Shown here: piece after piece, positions 10,873 to 25,706 of the stretch
How positions within the stretch are numbered: the first letter of the stretch is position 1
Layout: each line of letters starts with the position of its first letter
Assembly: GCA_963788195.1 (NCBI GenBank)
Contig: CAWBGA010000017.1
Coordinates: 192,001 to 256,000 of the forward strand
Origin: Nitrospirota bacterium
GTDB taxonomy: Bacteria > Nitrospirota > Nitrospiria > Nitrospirales > NS-4
Reading direction: 5' to 3'
Length of the DNA stretch: 64,000 nucleotides
Made by a program: the position numbers and the translations under genes
The notes under the pieces: model-generated
The model's database searches: none
Told to the model about the DNA's origin: nothing
Seen by the model: the letters and a program-made list of their open reading frames with translations, nothing else

Positions 10873-12070
10873 TTACGCTGCCGCTTCCTTCTTTCGCTTC
10901 TTCCCCGTCAGCGCCACGATCTTCTGCGCCGCCTCCCACAGATCCGTTGCGACGTCGACATTCAGGCCGGCTTCCGCCAGGAGTTTTCGGCCCTCCTCGG
11001 CGTTGGTGCCCTGCAGCCGCACGACCACCGGAATGGTGATCCCGACTTCTTTCGCCGCGTCGATGACGCCGTGCGCGATCCGCTCGCAGCGGACAATGCC
11101 GCCGAAGATGTTGATGAAGATTCCTTTGACCTTCTTGTCCTTGAGAAGAATCCGGAAGCCTGCCGCCACCGTTTCCTTGGTCGCGCCGCCGCCCACATCC
11201 AGAAAGTTGGCCGGCTCGCTCCCTGCCAGCTTAATCACGTCCATGGTGGCCATCGCCAGCCCCGCACCATTGACCATGCAACCGATGTTGCCGTCGAGCT
11301 TCACATAATTGAGATTGTTCTTGCCGGCTTCGATTTCCAGCGGCTCCTCTTCATTCAGATCGCGGAACGCTTGAATGTCCGCGTGTTTGAATAGGCTGTT
11401 ATCATCAAAGGATACCTTCCCGTCGAGCGCGATCAGCCGCTTATCATCGGTGATCACCAGAGGATTGATCTCGATCATCGCCGCGTTCTTCTCCATGAAC
11501 AACCGATAGAGATTGCCAAGCAGCGCGATAAAGGGCGTCACGATCGCCGGTTCAAGATTGGGCAAGCCGAGTTGAAAGGCCAGATTGCGGCCGTTATAAC
11601 CCTGGAATCCCACTGCAGGATCAATCGGCTCCGTGATCAGTTTTTCCGGCGTATGTGCCGCGACCTCTTCAATGTCCATGCCGCCTTCGGTGCTGGCGAT
11701 AAAGATCGGCCAGCCTGAATCTCGATCCACCAGCAGACTCACATACAGTTCCTTCGCAATGGCGGCGCCTTCCTCGATCAGCAGAGTCGCGAACCTTGCG
11801 GCCTTTGGGGCCGGTCTGGTGGGTAACTAGGGTTTTCCCGAGCAGCTCCTTGGCAAGGCCGGGCACGTCGGCGCGATTCTTAGTCAGCTTTACGCCGCCC
11901 GCTTTCCCTCGGCCGCCTGCGTGGATCTGGGCTTTCACCACAAATACGGGAGTCTCCAGTTTTGCTGCCCATCTTTCGGCTGCGCCGGCAGTTTTGACTT
12001 CTTTCCCCTTGGGCACGGGAATCCCGAAGCTCGCGAACATCTGTTTTGCCTGAAATTCATGAATATTCAT
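10873..12070 (-). CDS. sucC: Succinyl-CoA ligase beta subunit (frameshift ~11790)
   Basis: [49 protein letters not shown]. Confidence 0.96.
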
Positions 12071-12093
12071 GAACGCTCCTTCACTGTCTTGTC

Positions 12094-12123
12094 ATGAGAC
12101 CCTTCGCTATGCTCAGGGTGACA
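12094..12123 (-). repeat. REP-like 30-bp unit (copy 1)
   Basis: Reverse complement TGTCACCCTGAGCATAGCGAAGGGTCTCAT; 26/30 identical to 14490-14519; sits within hairpin 12086-12127. Confidence 0.7.
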
Positions 12124-12134
12124 AGACTTCCCTC

Positions 12135-13718
12135 TTAGGTCTCTTTTCGCGTGTAATCCGGAAATAACATGGGCGAGGTGACAGATGCGGATCCGCGTTT
12201 TTTCTTGGCTTCTGCCCTAAAGCCGGGCAAATGATCCAGCGTGAGCCGACCGTGGGGCATCGAGGCGGCGCGCGCGGCCGCTTCGGTGCCTGAACGCTTC
12301 CCGAAGACCATTAAATCCAAGAGTGAGTTGCCCATGAGACGGTTCCGTCCGTGCAACCCGCCGGACGCTTCCCCGGCAACAAAAAGGTTCTTCACGCCCG
12401 ATTCTCCGTTGACATCAATTCGGATGCCCCCGTTCTGATAGTGCAGCGTCGGATAGATCAAGACCGGATCTTTCGTGATATCGAGCCCGTAGCGCTTGTA
12501 CTGCCGCACCATAGCGGGGAAATGTTTTTCCAAGGTTCCCGCGCCATGTTCCACGTCCAGTAGCGGCGTATCAAGCCACACTCCCAAATGGCCCGTCGCC
12601 GTCCTCACGCCGCGGCCTTCCTCGCATTCCCGAATAATCGAAGACGATACAACATCGCGGGTATCGAGCTCATTGACGAACCGATCGCCTTTAGCATTGA
12701 CGAGATGGCCGCCTTCGGACCGGATGCCTTCCGTCACCAACGCGCCGAGCAGCTGTTCAGGATACACGGCTCCGGTGGGATGATACTGGAAGGTGTCGAT
12801 CTGCAGCAGCTTGGCGCCGAGCCGGTACGCGAGCGACAGGCCGTCGCCGGTTGCCCCGTAGTGGTTACTGGTCGGGAAGCCTTGGATATGCAAGCGTCCG
12901 ATGCCGCCCGTCGCCAGAATGACCGTCTTCGCTGCAACAGTAAAAAGGCGGTTGTTATCCAGATCCCGGAACACTGCGCCGGTGCAGGTTCCGTGGCCGT
13001 CGCTGAGCAATTCAACGGCCGCGCTGAACTCAAGTAACTGGATCTTTTGGTTGAGGACCTCGTCTTTTAAAACCCGCATGAGCTCAAGCCCGGTATAGTC
13101 CGAACAGGTCAACAGTCTGGGACGGGAGCTCCCGCCGCCTTTTTTCACATGCAGGTTGCCATCGGCATCCCGGTCAAACAGGACGCCCAGGCCGAGCAAC
13201 CATCGCGCAATCGAAGGACCCTCTTCCACCATGACCTTCAAGAGATCATGGTCGTTCTTCATGTGGCCGCCCTTCAGCGTATCGAGAAAATGCTGAACCG
13301 GAGAGTCCTCGTCGGCGATGGCGATCTGCATCCCTCCCTGCGCCATGACGGTGTTGGAATCGCCGAGCCGTAGCTTGGTGGCAAGCATAACCTGTGCGCC
13401 GCCCGCATTGGCATGGAGCGCCGCGGAGCACCCGGCTCCCCCGCCGCCGATCACCAGCACATCCACGGAATGAGCCGGGGTAAGCACGAGGTCCTCGGGG
13501 ACCGGGCTGTCGCCTTCGAGCAGGGAGGCGAGCTCCCGCACAGTCATGTCTCCAGCATTGGGGCCGAAATTGATCGGGCGGTAGGCGCTCTCCCGAAAAT
13601 CAGGGTGGTACTTTTTGATCAGGGTGTCGCGTTCGTTGGGAGGGTACTTTGGGAGCGTGACCGTCCGGCGCTTGTCGCGGGACTGATGCACGACATCCTG
13701 GAGGGCTTCCACCTGCAT
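12135..13718 (-). CDS. frdA: Fumarate reductase/succinate dehydrogenase-family flavoprotein
   Basis: IGGGGAG FAD motif, QYHPTG, TEGIRSEGG, TRDVVS, HYQNGG, HGRNRLMGNSL; rTCA gene context. Confidence 0.8.
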   Translation of the reverse strand: MQVEALQDVVHQSRDKRRTVTLPKYPPNERDTLIKKYHPDFRESAYRPINFGPNAGDMTVRELASLLEGDSPVPEDLVLTPAHSVDVLVIGGGGAGCSAALHANAGGAQVMLATKLRLGDSNTVMAQGGMQIAIADEDSPVQHFLDTLKGGHMKNDHDLLKVMVEEGPSIARWLLGLGVLFDRDADGNLHVKKGGGSSRPRLLTCSDYTGLELMRVLKDEVLNQKIQLLEFSAAVELLSDGHGTCTGAVFRDLDNNRLFTVAAKTVILATGGIGRLHIQGFPTSNHYGATGDGLSLAYRLGAKLLQIDTFQYHPTGAVYPEQLLGALVTEGIRSEGGHLVNAKGDRFVNELDTRDVVSSSIIRECEEGRGVRTATGHLGVWLDTPLLDVEHGAGTLEKHFPAMVRQYKRYGLDITKDPVLIYPTLHYQNGGIRIDVNGESGVKNLFVAGEASGGLHGRNRLMGNSLLDLMVFGKRSGTEAAARAASMPHGRLTLDHLPGFRAEAKKKRGSASVTSPMLFPDYTRKET

Positions 13719-14440
13719 TAGGTAATCGCGGCGCAGGCTTCCTTGAGTTGTTTTTCATCCATGTTCAGGATCTTATCCCACTCGGACGTGTACCGCCCCT
13801 GCTCGATTTCGTCGATCCGCGATTGGAGCTTCGGCGGCTTCTCGTTGAAATGCACCCCTTGAGCGCGGCTGGCATACAGCGCTACAAGATTCGGGGCGAT
13901 GTCGGCGATACAGACCGGCGTGCAGAGCCCGCACATGACGCAATCCATAAACATTTCGGACACCGACTTGAAGTCTCCGAAGACCGCCTTCCACACGCCG
14001 TCCCGTACGTCGATGCCTTGGGGACAGGCCTCGGTGCACGCGTTGCAATTGCGACACATCGGCGCTTCTGGATACAGATTGAAGAGATCCTGCTTGGGGT
14101 CCTTCAGCTCGGCCATCTGATAGGTCGCTTTGCGCGCCGGAAACGGCGCCACCATCGAGAAGGACATCCCGTCCTCGACCGCCATGGAGCAGGCCAGGCA
14201 CGTGCGGACCTTGGGATCATCCTTCGTCCGATAATACGTCGCGCAGGCCCCGCAGTAACCACCCAAGCAGCCAATGCCCCGGTAGACTTCCTGGCCGCTA
14301 TACCAAAGGGCTTTGATCACGGTGATGCCCTCCGGCACTTCGTACTTCTTGCCGGCGATCTCGACCGTCACCATCTTCGGCCGCAGGACATCTTCCTGAT
14401 CGAGCAGAACGTTCTTATCGAATTCCTTGCCTGTATCCAT
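13718..14440 (-). CDS. Fe-S subunit of the fumarate reductase ([2Fe-2S] plus two [4Fe-4S] motifs)
   Basis: GCLGGYCGAC...TCLAC; CRNCNACTEACP; CVMCGLCTPVC; stop overlaps the flavoprotein start. Confidence 0.8.
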   Translation of the reverse strand: MDTGKEFDKNVLLDQEDVLRPKMVTVEIAGKKYEVPEGITVIKALWYSGQEVYRGIGCLGGYCGACATYYRTKDDPKVRTCLACSMAVEDGMSFSMVAPFPARKATYQMAELKDPKQDLFNLYPEAPMCRNCNACTEACPQGIDVRDGVWKAVFGDFKSVSEMFMDCVMCGLCTPVCIADIAPNLVALYASRAQGVHFNEKPPKLQSRIDEIEQGRYTSEWDKILNMDEKQLKEACAAIT

Positions 14441-14489
14441 CAACCTTTTCCCTAGCGCACTGAGAGACTCATTATTCTGAACGCCGCCC

Positions 14490-14519
14490 TGTCACCCTGA
14501 ACGAAGTGAAGGGTCTCAT
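14490..14519 (+). repeat. REP-like 30-bp unit (copy 2)
   Basis: TGTCACCCTGAACGAAGTGAAGGGTCTCAT, inverted relative to 12094-12123. Confidence 0.7.
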
Positions 14520-14572
14520 TCACTGCGCGAGATCTTGCTTTCGGACTCTGCGCAGTTGGGCAGACCGTTCTA

Positions 14573-19076
<4,504 letters not shown>

Positions 19077-19112
19077 AGACTCTCGCTCCTTCTTCTTCTA
19101 CTCTATCGCCGC

Positions 19113-20940
19113 CTATTTCAAAGGCGGCACTTCTCTGTCGCTTTGGGACGGCGTAGTTCACCAGATAATCAAAGAGCCGGATCAAGCGGCTCTCCTGGCG
19201 TTTTTGGTCCGCCCAGTGCCCGATTAATCCGATCGTGCGAGAGAGGATAAAAAATCCGTTCAGGCTGTCGACGGGAAAACCGATGTCCACCAGGACCGCC
19301 GCCATCGTCCCGTCCACGTTGAGAATCAAATTCTCTTTTTTCGCCGACGTCACTTTCTCAACCGCCAAAGCGAAGTCAAGATGCGGGGTCGGGCGCCCGA
19401 TTCCCTTGACATAGGAGACCAGCTCCTTCACGCGTTTATCCGGATTTCGGAGGCTCTTGACCCGATGGCCGATCCCAGGCACGGGGCCGACGTTCTTTTT
19501 CATGTAGCCCAGGAAGTCGTCCACCGACATGTTGTTGTCCACGGCATGCTTGAACCAACGCCCCGCATCCGTCACGGCCCCACCGAAGCGGGGCCCGATC
19601 ATGATCAATCCTGCGGCGACGGACTGCGACATTCCGATCCCGGCACAGGCCGCAATGATTGTTCCCAACGCCCCGCTCACGCAGGGACCATGGTCCGCCG
19701 ACAGCATGATGATCCGCTTGATAATTTCCGCATCTTGTTGCGAGATCAGCCGCTTGTCCCAGAGCAGGCCAATGACATGGGGAATCTCATAACCTTTGTT
19801 GATCAACTCCGAGGCCGGATACCCATCGTACAGCGGCTCGTCGCCGCGATCATCGCTGATCGTGGTCTTGACCAGCGGCGCCACCATGACTTCGCCGGAT
19901 TTCATACTCTCTTCAACCGGCTTCGGAAGACGTGGCAGGTCCTCGGGCCGCAGGTCTGGGATCGGCTGTACCTGGCCGTTTTTCACGAACTCTTCGTACA
20001 CCGACTTGATCGCCGGCCCCAGCGCGCCGAAGGTTTCCGGAACAATCGCGCCGGCTTTCTTAAAGGCGTCGGCCTTGGACCGCGCCGATCCCTCGCCCTT
20101 CAACCCTTCTTTAGCCCCGGCGTGGCCGAACTTCATCCCCTTAGGCAGGCTCTCCTGACAAAAGCCGGAGACGACCGCCAGCAGCTTGATCCGTCGACGC
20201 TGCGCGCCGAACCACTCAGCAGCGCGCTCTTCGAGATCGCCGCCCATCTCGCCGACAATGACGACCGCCTTGGTCGCGGGTCCTGCTCAAACTTTTCCAG
20301 ATACGCCACATAATCGGTGCCCGGATAGGCGTCGCCGCCGATGCCGATCGCGGTGGTAATGCCGTTCGGCGAACTGGGAACAGATCCAGATAATCTCATT
20401 GGAGAGGCCGCCGGATTTCGTGATAACGCCGAAGGACCCTTCGCGAAAGAGTTTACAGGCGACGAGGTTATCGAAGGCGCCGCCGATCACTCCCAAGCGG
20501 CAGGCGCCCGCAGAGATAATGCCGATGGAAGACGGGCCGTTAAAGGTCTTGCCTAACTTCACGGCGTGCCGGCCAGCAGCTTGGCGTCCCGCTCAGGGAC
20601 GCCCTCGGTAATCATCGAGACGAGCTGTATCTTGGGATCGTTCAGCGCTTCCATGCCGGCTGCGCAGGCACGGTCAGCACCGATATATACTAAACTGGTA
20701 TTGATGCTGGGACGGCTTGCCGTGGCTTCGCCCACACTCTTGTAGACCGGCACGGTGACAAGCCCGTTCCCGTAAGGGACCTCGTTGAGCTTGCCGGCAT
20801 CGGGGGGATAGACAAACGCCTCCACATTAAGATGGCCGCTTGATCATGTAGCAGAATTCGGCCATCCGGCGGGCAGCGTTCAAGCCAGCCGCGCCGCCCT
20901 GAATGACAATCCGCGTGTCCTGGTTCGCCAATATGCTCAT
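19113..20940 (-). CDS. aclA: ATP-citrate lyase alpha subunit (about 5 frameshifts)
   Basis: MSILANQDTRIVIQGG, TKSGGLSNE, FGHAGAK, ADHGPCVSG, VPGIGHRVKSLRNPDKRV, LILNVDG. Confidence 0.93.
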
Positions 20941-20968
20941 CGGGATCTCCCTTGGCTGTCTACCGGTG

Positions 20969-22169
20969 TTAGTGGGCCTGAAGCGCCTTGTCGACGATGT
21001 CGGTAAGCGGGAGTATGGCGGTCGAATACGTGGACGTCGAAGCCTTCTTCTCGGAGCGCCCGCATGGCATCGAGTCCCTCTTTTTCGCGAGGACCGCCGC
21101 GCCGGACCCAGATTTTCACGCCGTTGAGTTTGCCTTCGGCTTTGGCCTTGCGAAACCCGGCGATGATGCCGCCGAACGTTTTTTTGACGTCGGTGAAGTT
21201 CGCGATCGCCCCCCCGACGATGATGTTCTTGATCCCGGGCAACGAACAGACCTTCTCCGTTAGCACCTCAACCGCCCAGTCCGGGGGATCACCCGAATAC
21301 TCAGCGTAATTGGCAAGCTTGCCACCCCGCGCCACCACCGCATCCGAATAATAGACACTTGCGCCACCCCCGGCCGGCAGCATGGCGGTATCGCCGCCCG
21401 GAATTTCGATAAACTTCACTGATCCTTTGATTTTCGAGTCCACCGCCATGACGGCCAGTTCATTCTGTGTATAGGCTCGACCGAATTCGGCGGCGAAAGG
21501 AAAATTCCAATCGGCATGACGGAACTTGGCATCGGCGTCGAGCAGCGTGACCGCATCAAGCGCGATGAGCTCCCCATCGCTTTGACGAATCACCACAGGG
21601 TTCACTTCGAGATATTGCGCATCTTCATTATCGAAACAGGTGAATAGTTTCCCTGCGAAATCGGCGACTTTTTCGGCCGTCGGGCCTGAGAAACCGGCTT
21701 CCTTCGCTAACTTCAATAAATCGTCCGGGGATGGCGTCTGCCCGACTTCCACTGCCAGATTCTTGACTCGATCCCAGTTGGCTTCTACCTCGATGCCGCC
21801 GCAATTCGCAACGAGTACCTCGGCGCCGTCCCGGGTGGATTTCACGGCCGCATAATACTCCTCTTGATGCGGGACCATCTCAGACACAATGACTTGAGAC
21901 ACGGTGATGCTGCCTACTTGCTTGCCCAGCATTTCTTTCGCTGCCGCTTGAGCGCCCCGTAAGTCGAGATCTACTTTTACCAGGCCAAGCTTGAACCGCG
22001 AGCCCATAGCCTCGTGCGCCTTGACCACTAACTTGGTCTTGCTCAACCAGTCATCGGCGTCGGCCCGCGTCTTGAGTTCATCGACGGAAGAGATCACCAT
22101 ATAATGAGGAACCTGGATTCCCCATTTTTTCATGAGCCCCATCCCGGGGCCTTCAAGGACTTTGGCCAC
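20969..22169 (-). CDS. aclB: ATP-citrate lyase beta subunit (frameshift ~21015)
   Basis: MAKVLEG, AGGGASVYYSD, ANYAEYSGDP, GGAIANFTDV, VRRGGP. Confidence 0.94.
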
Positions 22170-22212
22170 GACGTGCTCCTTAGATATTGAATCGGCAGGT
22201 GAAAACGCGCGA

Positions 22213-22242
22213 AGTGTAGCTCAAAAACCTGCAGGACTGCAA
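22213..22242 (-). promoter_or_regulatory. Putative sigma70 promoter for aclB operon
   Basis: TTGCAG-N18-TACACT on minus strand. Confidence 0.35.
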
Positions 22243-22336
22243 TTCCCCAAACGACCTAAAACTACTGAGAAAAAGCCCCATTCATCATAAATACAGGGGT
22301 TTATGTCATAAATGCTTGAGTTTGCAATCTTTTTTG

Positions 22337-23224
22337 CTAAGGTGGGGCCTTTTTTCCCGCGATCGGCCGCGGCTTTCCAATCTTTAGCCGAGATGGTCTC
22401 TTCTCAGCGGGCTGGCACGATACACAAACAAAAGAGCTGCGCTCTGCTTTAATCCTTCGGATAGCGCGCCCGCACGCGGGACACGGCTGCCCGGTTTTAT
22501 TGTAGACCAAATGGCGTTTGCGATATTCGCCCTTTGTCCCATCCGGTGCCAGAAAATCCCGCACGCTCGAGCCGCCATCGATAATTGCCTGATTGAGAAC
22601 GCATCGCATCATGTCGAAGAGTCTCCGTACGGTCCTTGTCGCTAAGCTGCCAGCGATCCGGTCAGGATGGAGCCGGGAGCGAAAGAGAATTTCATTTGCG
22701 TAGATATTGCCAATACCGGCAATGACTTGCTGGTGCATGAGGAGTGCTTTCAGCCGGCCCCGCCGTGATCCGATCAGATCCCGAAACTCGGGCCATGTGA
22801 CTCGCAAGGGATCGTAACCGAACCGACGGGCCTCAAAACGCTCGATCCCGGTCTGGTCGAGGAGATACACGCGACCAAAACGACGCGGATTCCAATAGTG
22901 CAGGGACGGAACCGGCCCTGAGAAGGTCAGAGCGACATGAATATGTTTACGATAGGTTGGATCAGGCACTGTAAAGAACAACAGGCCCGTCATTCCCAGT
23001 TCGAAGAGCAGGAACCGAGTCTCTGATTGCTTCTTAGCATGCAGCAGGACACTCTTGCCCAAACGCGAGGCATGAACCACCCGGGCGCCCCGATACCAGG
23101 CCAGAGATGATAACCCCTCTCTGACTATGTCCTCGCGTCCCACCCACGAATCTAAAATTACCGATCCTCGAAGCCGCTCTCGCAGTTGGTGGGCTACGGT
23201 CTCCGCTTCCGGTAATTCAGGCAT
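22337..23224 (-). CDS. mutM: Formamidopyrimidine-DNA glycosylase
   Basis: MPELPE N-terminus, GIGNIYANE, zinc finger CPAC...CVSCQ. Confidence 0.95.
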   Translation of the reverse strand: MPELPEAETVAHQLRERLRGSVILDSWVGREDIVREGLSSLAWYRGARVVHASRLGKSVLLHAKKQSETRFLLFELGMTGLLFFTVPDPTYRKHIHVALTFSGPVPSLHYWNPRRFGRVYLLDQTGIERFEARRFGYDPLRVTWPEFRDLIGSRRGRLKALLMHQQVIAGIGNIYANEILFRSRLHPDRIAGSLATRTVRRLFDMMRCVLNQAIIDGGSSVRDFLAPDGTKGEYRKRHLVYNKTGQPCPACGRAIRRIKAERSSFVCVSCQPAEKRPSRLKIGKPRPIAGKKAPP

Positions 23225-23645
23225 TCAGACTATCCAACCTTTTCTGCCGAAGATCTCGCACAAAGCGGATCGTAGCCTCAAGCTCCGGAAGCGGCAACGC
23301 CCCGGGCCGTTGTGCAGTAACCAACGCGACGGCTTTTGAGTAAGGCAAGCCTTCAACAAGACAGAGATAGGCGATCGCGACCGATGCCGAACGCCCGATG
23401 CCGGCTCGACAGCAAATCAGCAGACGGTTGCCCTTTTCGTGCTGTTCCAGCCAGGATACAGCCTCATCCAACTGAAGTGGATCGGCCGCGGCGTACTCGG
23501 CAAAAGGGATCCAGTGGTAGGTGCGTCCCTTGGGCGGAAGGACCGTGGTCTCCGAGGCAACATTCAAAATTGCCGACATCAACCAATGAGGATTCGCGGC
23601 GTCGGCTGAGTCTCCTACCGCCAGACGGTCTGTGATCAGATGCAT
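23217..23645 (-). CDS. Dual-specificity protein phosphatase family protein
   Basis: CX5R motif CRAGIGRS. Confidence 0.85.
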   Translation of the reverse strand: MHLITDRLAVGDSADAANPHWLMSAILNVASETTVLPPKGRTYHWIPFAEYAAADPLQLDEAVSWLEQHEKGNRLLICCRAGIGRSASVAIAYLCLVEGLPYSKAVALVTAQRPGALPLPELEATIRFVRDLRQKRLDSLNA

Positions 23646-23778
23646 ATATCTATGAGGAGATCCCGTAACGAGCAAATTCTAGTATAGCCTTGGGGCCTGT
23701 CGTCCAACAACAGAGATTGCACAACCTCCGCATCTGATTTACACTACTGGACGCGGAGCAGTTCCTAGAGAGGCACGA

Positions 23779-24138
23779 ATGGCAATGGACTTTGACTCGG
23801 TCGAACAGCGTCTGAAAGATATGGCGTGTCCGGTGTGCAAGACCTCTCATGACTTTATGATCCCTCGCGATTCACGCATCATCGATGGCGAATATAAGGC
23901 GTTCTGCAAAGGGTGCCGGTATAGCATGCCGATCCACATGGACATGGAGAGCTATCTTCGAAGCCAGCCGGATGTGACCTTCTGGGTGAACGGCATGCGG
24001 TGTCCGACTTGCCTGAAGACCGGGGGCACCCTCGACTTCTGGGTGCAGCCCTCGGTGCGGAACGCCGTCTACTTCATCACGTGCGCCGCTTGCAAGAAGC
24101 CTTTTTCAGAGAAATCTTCCTTGGAGGCGTTCGAATAG
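23779..24138 (+). CDS. Hypothetical protein with four CxxC motifs (double zinc ribbon)
   Basis: CPVC, CKGC, CPTC, CAAC in 119 aa; SD GAGG. Confidence 0.75.
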   Translation: MAMDFDSVEQRLKDMACPVCKTSHDFMIPRDSRIIDGEYKAFCKGCRYSMPIHMDMESYLRSQPDVTFWVNGMRCPTCLKTGGTLDFWVQPSVRNAVYFITCAACKKPFSEKSSLEAFE

Positions 24139-25301
24139 TCAACTCTTCCCTGTCACCGGCCGAATCACGTCGGCCTTCGCGGTTTTCCGGATACGCCCTA
24201 CGCTGCCTCGCCGATCAATCTCGGTCACTCGCACAATCGCGCCGCGCTCCCAGCGAATCAAAGCCTGCGTTGAGCTCAGAACGTTCCTTGTCGAGTCGCC
24301 CGACAATCTGCCGCCCCATCTCATTGCACAGCCAGACGCGTTGCTCCCCCTTCATGACCATCCGCTCGCTCACGACGCGGTAGTCAGTCAGGGCTCGATC
24401 TACTATGGTCAGGCCATCCTTGCGCAACACGATATAAGAGAATTTTAAGGCGTCTTTTATGAAGCCGACCGCCCGATCAATGTCCTCGATCATCGCAGGC
24501 GCCTGCCATGGCCGCTCTTCGTGGCACCAGTCGCTTCGACGCAGGAGCGCAGGGCAGCCTTGGTCGTGAAGGCACGGGACTATACACGTGTGCTGTCCCT
24601 TGCGTGATCAGCCGGTCGCGGACTTCGTGCAAGGCCCGACTCGTCTCGCGAAGCGCGGGTTCAATCACGATCAGTGACCCGTCGGCCGCAAGGCACTCCA
24701 ACAGTTGCGCCAACAGTCTTGTGCGCGCGTCGATGGGATCCGGCGACGACAAAAAAAGCTCATTCAGGCTGTTGACCATCATGATCAGGTCAAATTTCTC
24801 GCGCTTCCATGAAGCGCTCGTTCCCCGGCGCTCCACGTCGAGACGCGCGACATGCAGAACCGGCAGGTTTGATGAAATCCCACTCTCGACGAGCTTCCGC
24901 CACACTGATTCGGCGTCGCGTAAAATTTCTGGATTCCGATCGACACTGAGCACCTCGGTCCCGGCGTGTTTTGTTCCCTGCTCGCCAGAAAAGTAGTGAA
25001 ACAGCGCAAGCCCGCCAACTCCAGGACCGCAACCGAGGTCTAGAACCCGAAGGGGGCGCGGGGGCGGAACAGGGATTTCTGTCAAGACGCTGTAAGTTTT
25101 TGCGATGTTCACGGGCGCGAAATATGTTAGATAGGCTCTTCGGAGCGCCGGTTCTGACAAATAATCGACGCCTATTCTCTTGCGCCCGACGGTGAACAGT
25201 TCCGAAAGGCTGCGCACACCCTTCAACAGCGCGGAATCGATTGCTTCGCCCCGCGTCTGCAGCGCCTGAATTACTGCGTGGTCAAGAACCACCTGTGTCA
25301 T
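24139..25301 (-). CDS. Rsm22-family SAM-dependent methyltransferase (frameshifts ~24575, ~24255)
   Basis: AYLTYF, VLDLGCGPG, LIVIEPA, later LKFSYIVLRK...VVSE, across three ORFs. Confidence 0.75.
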
Positions 25302-25388
25302 GCAGCATCCCCGAGGTCGATTGACCGATTGCTCACCCGTACTGTACAGTCCTGACGGCCATGTGATAATAAACACCGAGGGTATTTA

Positions 25389-25628
25389 ATGACGCCTGCG
25401 ATTAAGGAAGCTTACATTAATATTGAACGTGCCATGTATGAGTTTAATACCCTCCTAGAAAACCAAGTCGAAACCATGCGCAAATCCGAAGCATCGGATC
25501 CCGAGAAGCTGAGTCGTCTTACCCAAGGGGCTAAAGCAATGCGCGATAGCAGCGCGATCTTTCTAAGTTATGCCAAGTTTGTCGCCTACGGCATGCCGGA
25601 CAGCGAGGAGATGATCGAGGAAGAATAG
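25389..25628 (+). CDS. Hypothetical helical protein (79 aa)
   Basis: Clean ORF with SD GAGG, followed by a terminator. Confidence 0.7.
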   Translation: MTPAIKEAYINIERAMYEFNTLLENQVETMRKSEASDPEKLSRLTQGAKAMRDSSAIFLSYAKFVAYGMPDSEEMIEEE

Positions 25629-25648
25629 CCTTGCACCTGCCCTGAAGT

Positions 25649-25684
25649 AAAAAAGGCCGCCCGGAAATCCCGGGCGGCCTTTTC
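25649..25684. terminator. Bidirectional intrinsic terminator
   Basis: AAAAAAGGCCGCCCGG-AAATC-CCGGGCGGCCTTTTT between convergent genes. Confidence 0.9.
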
Positions 25685-25706
25685 GTCTCATTCATCTCGC
25701 CGCGTG

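Noticed and set aside
12135..13718. L-aspartate oxidase nadB
   Set aside because: Coupled Fe-S subunit and rTCA context favour fumarate reductase; not fully excluded
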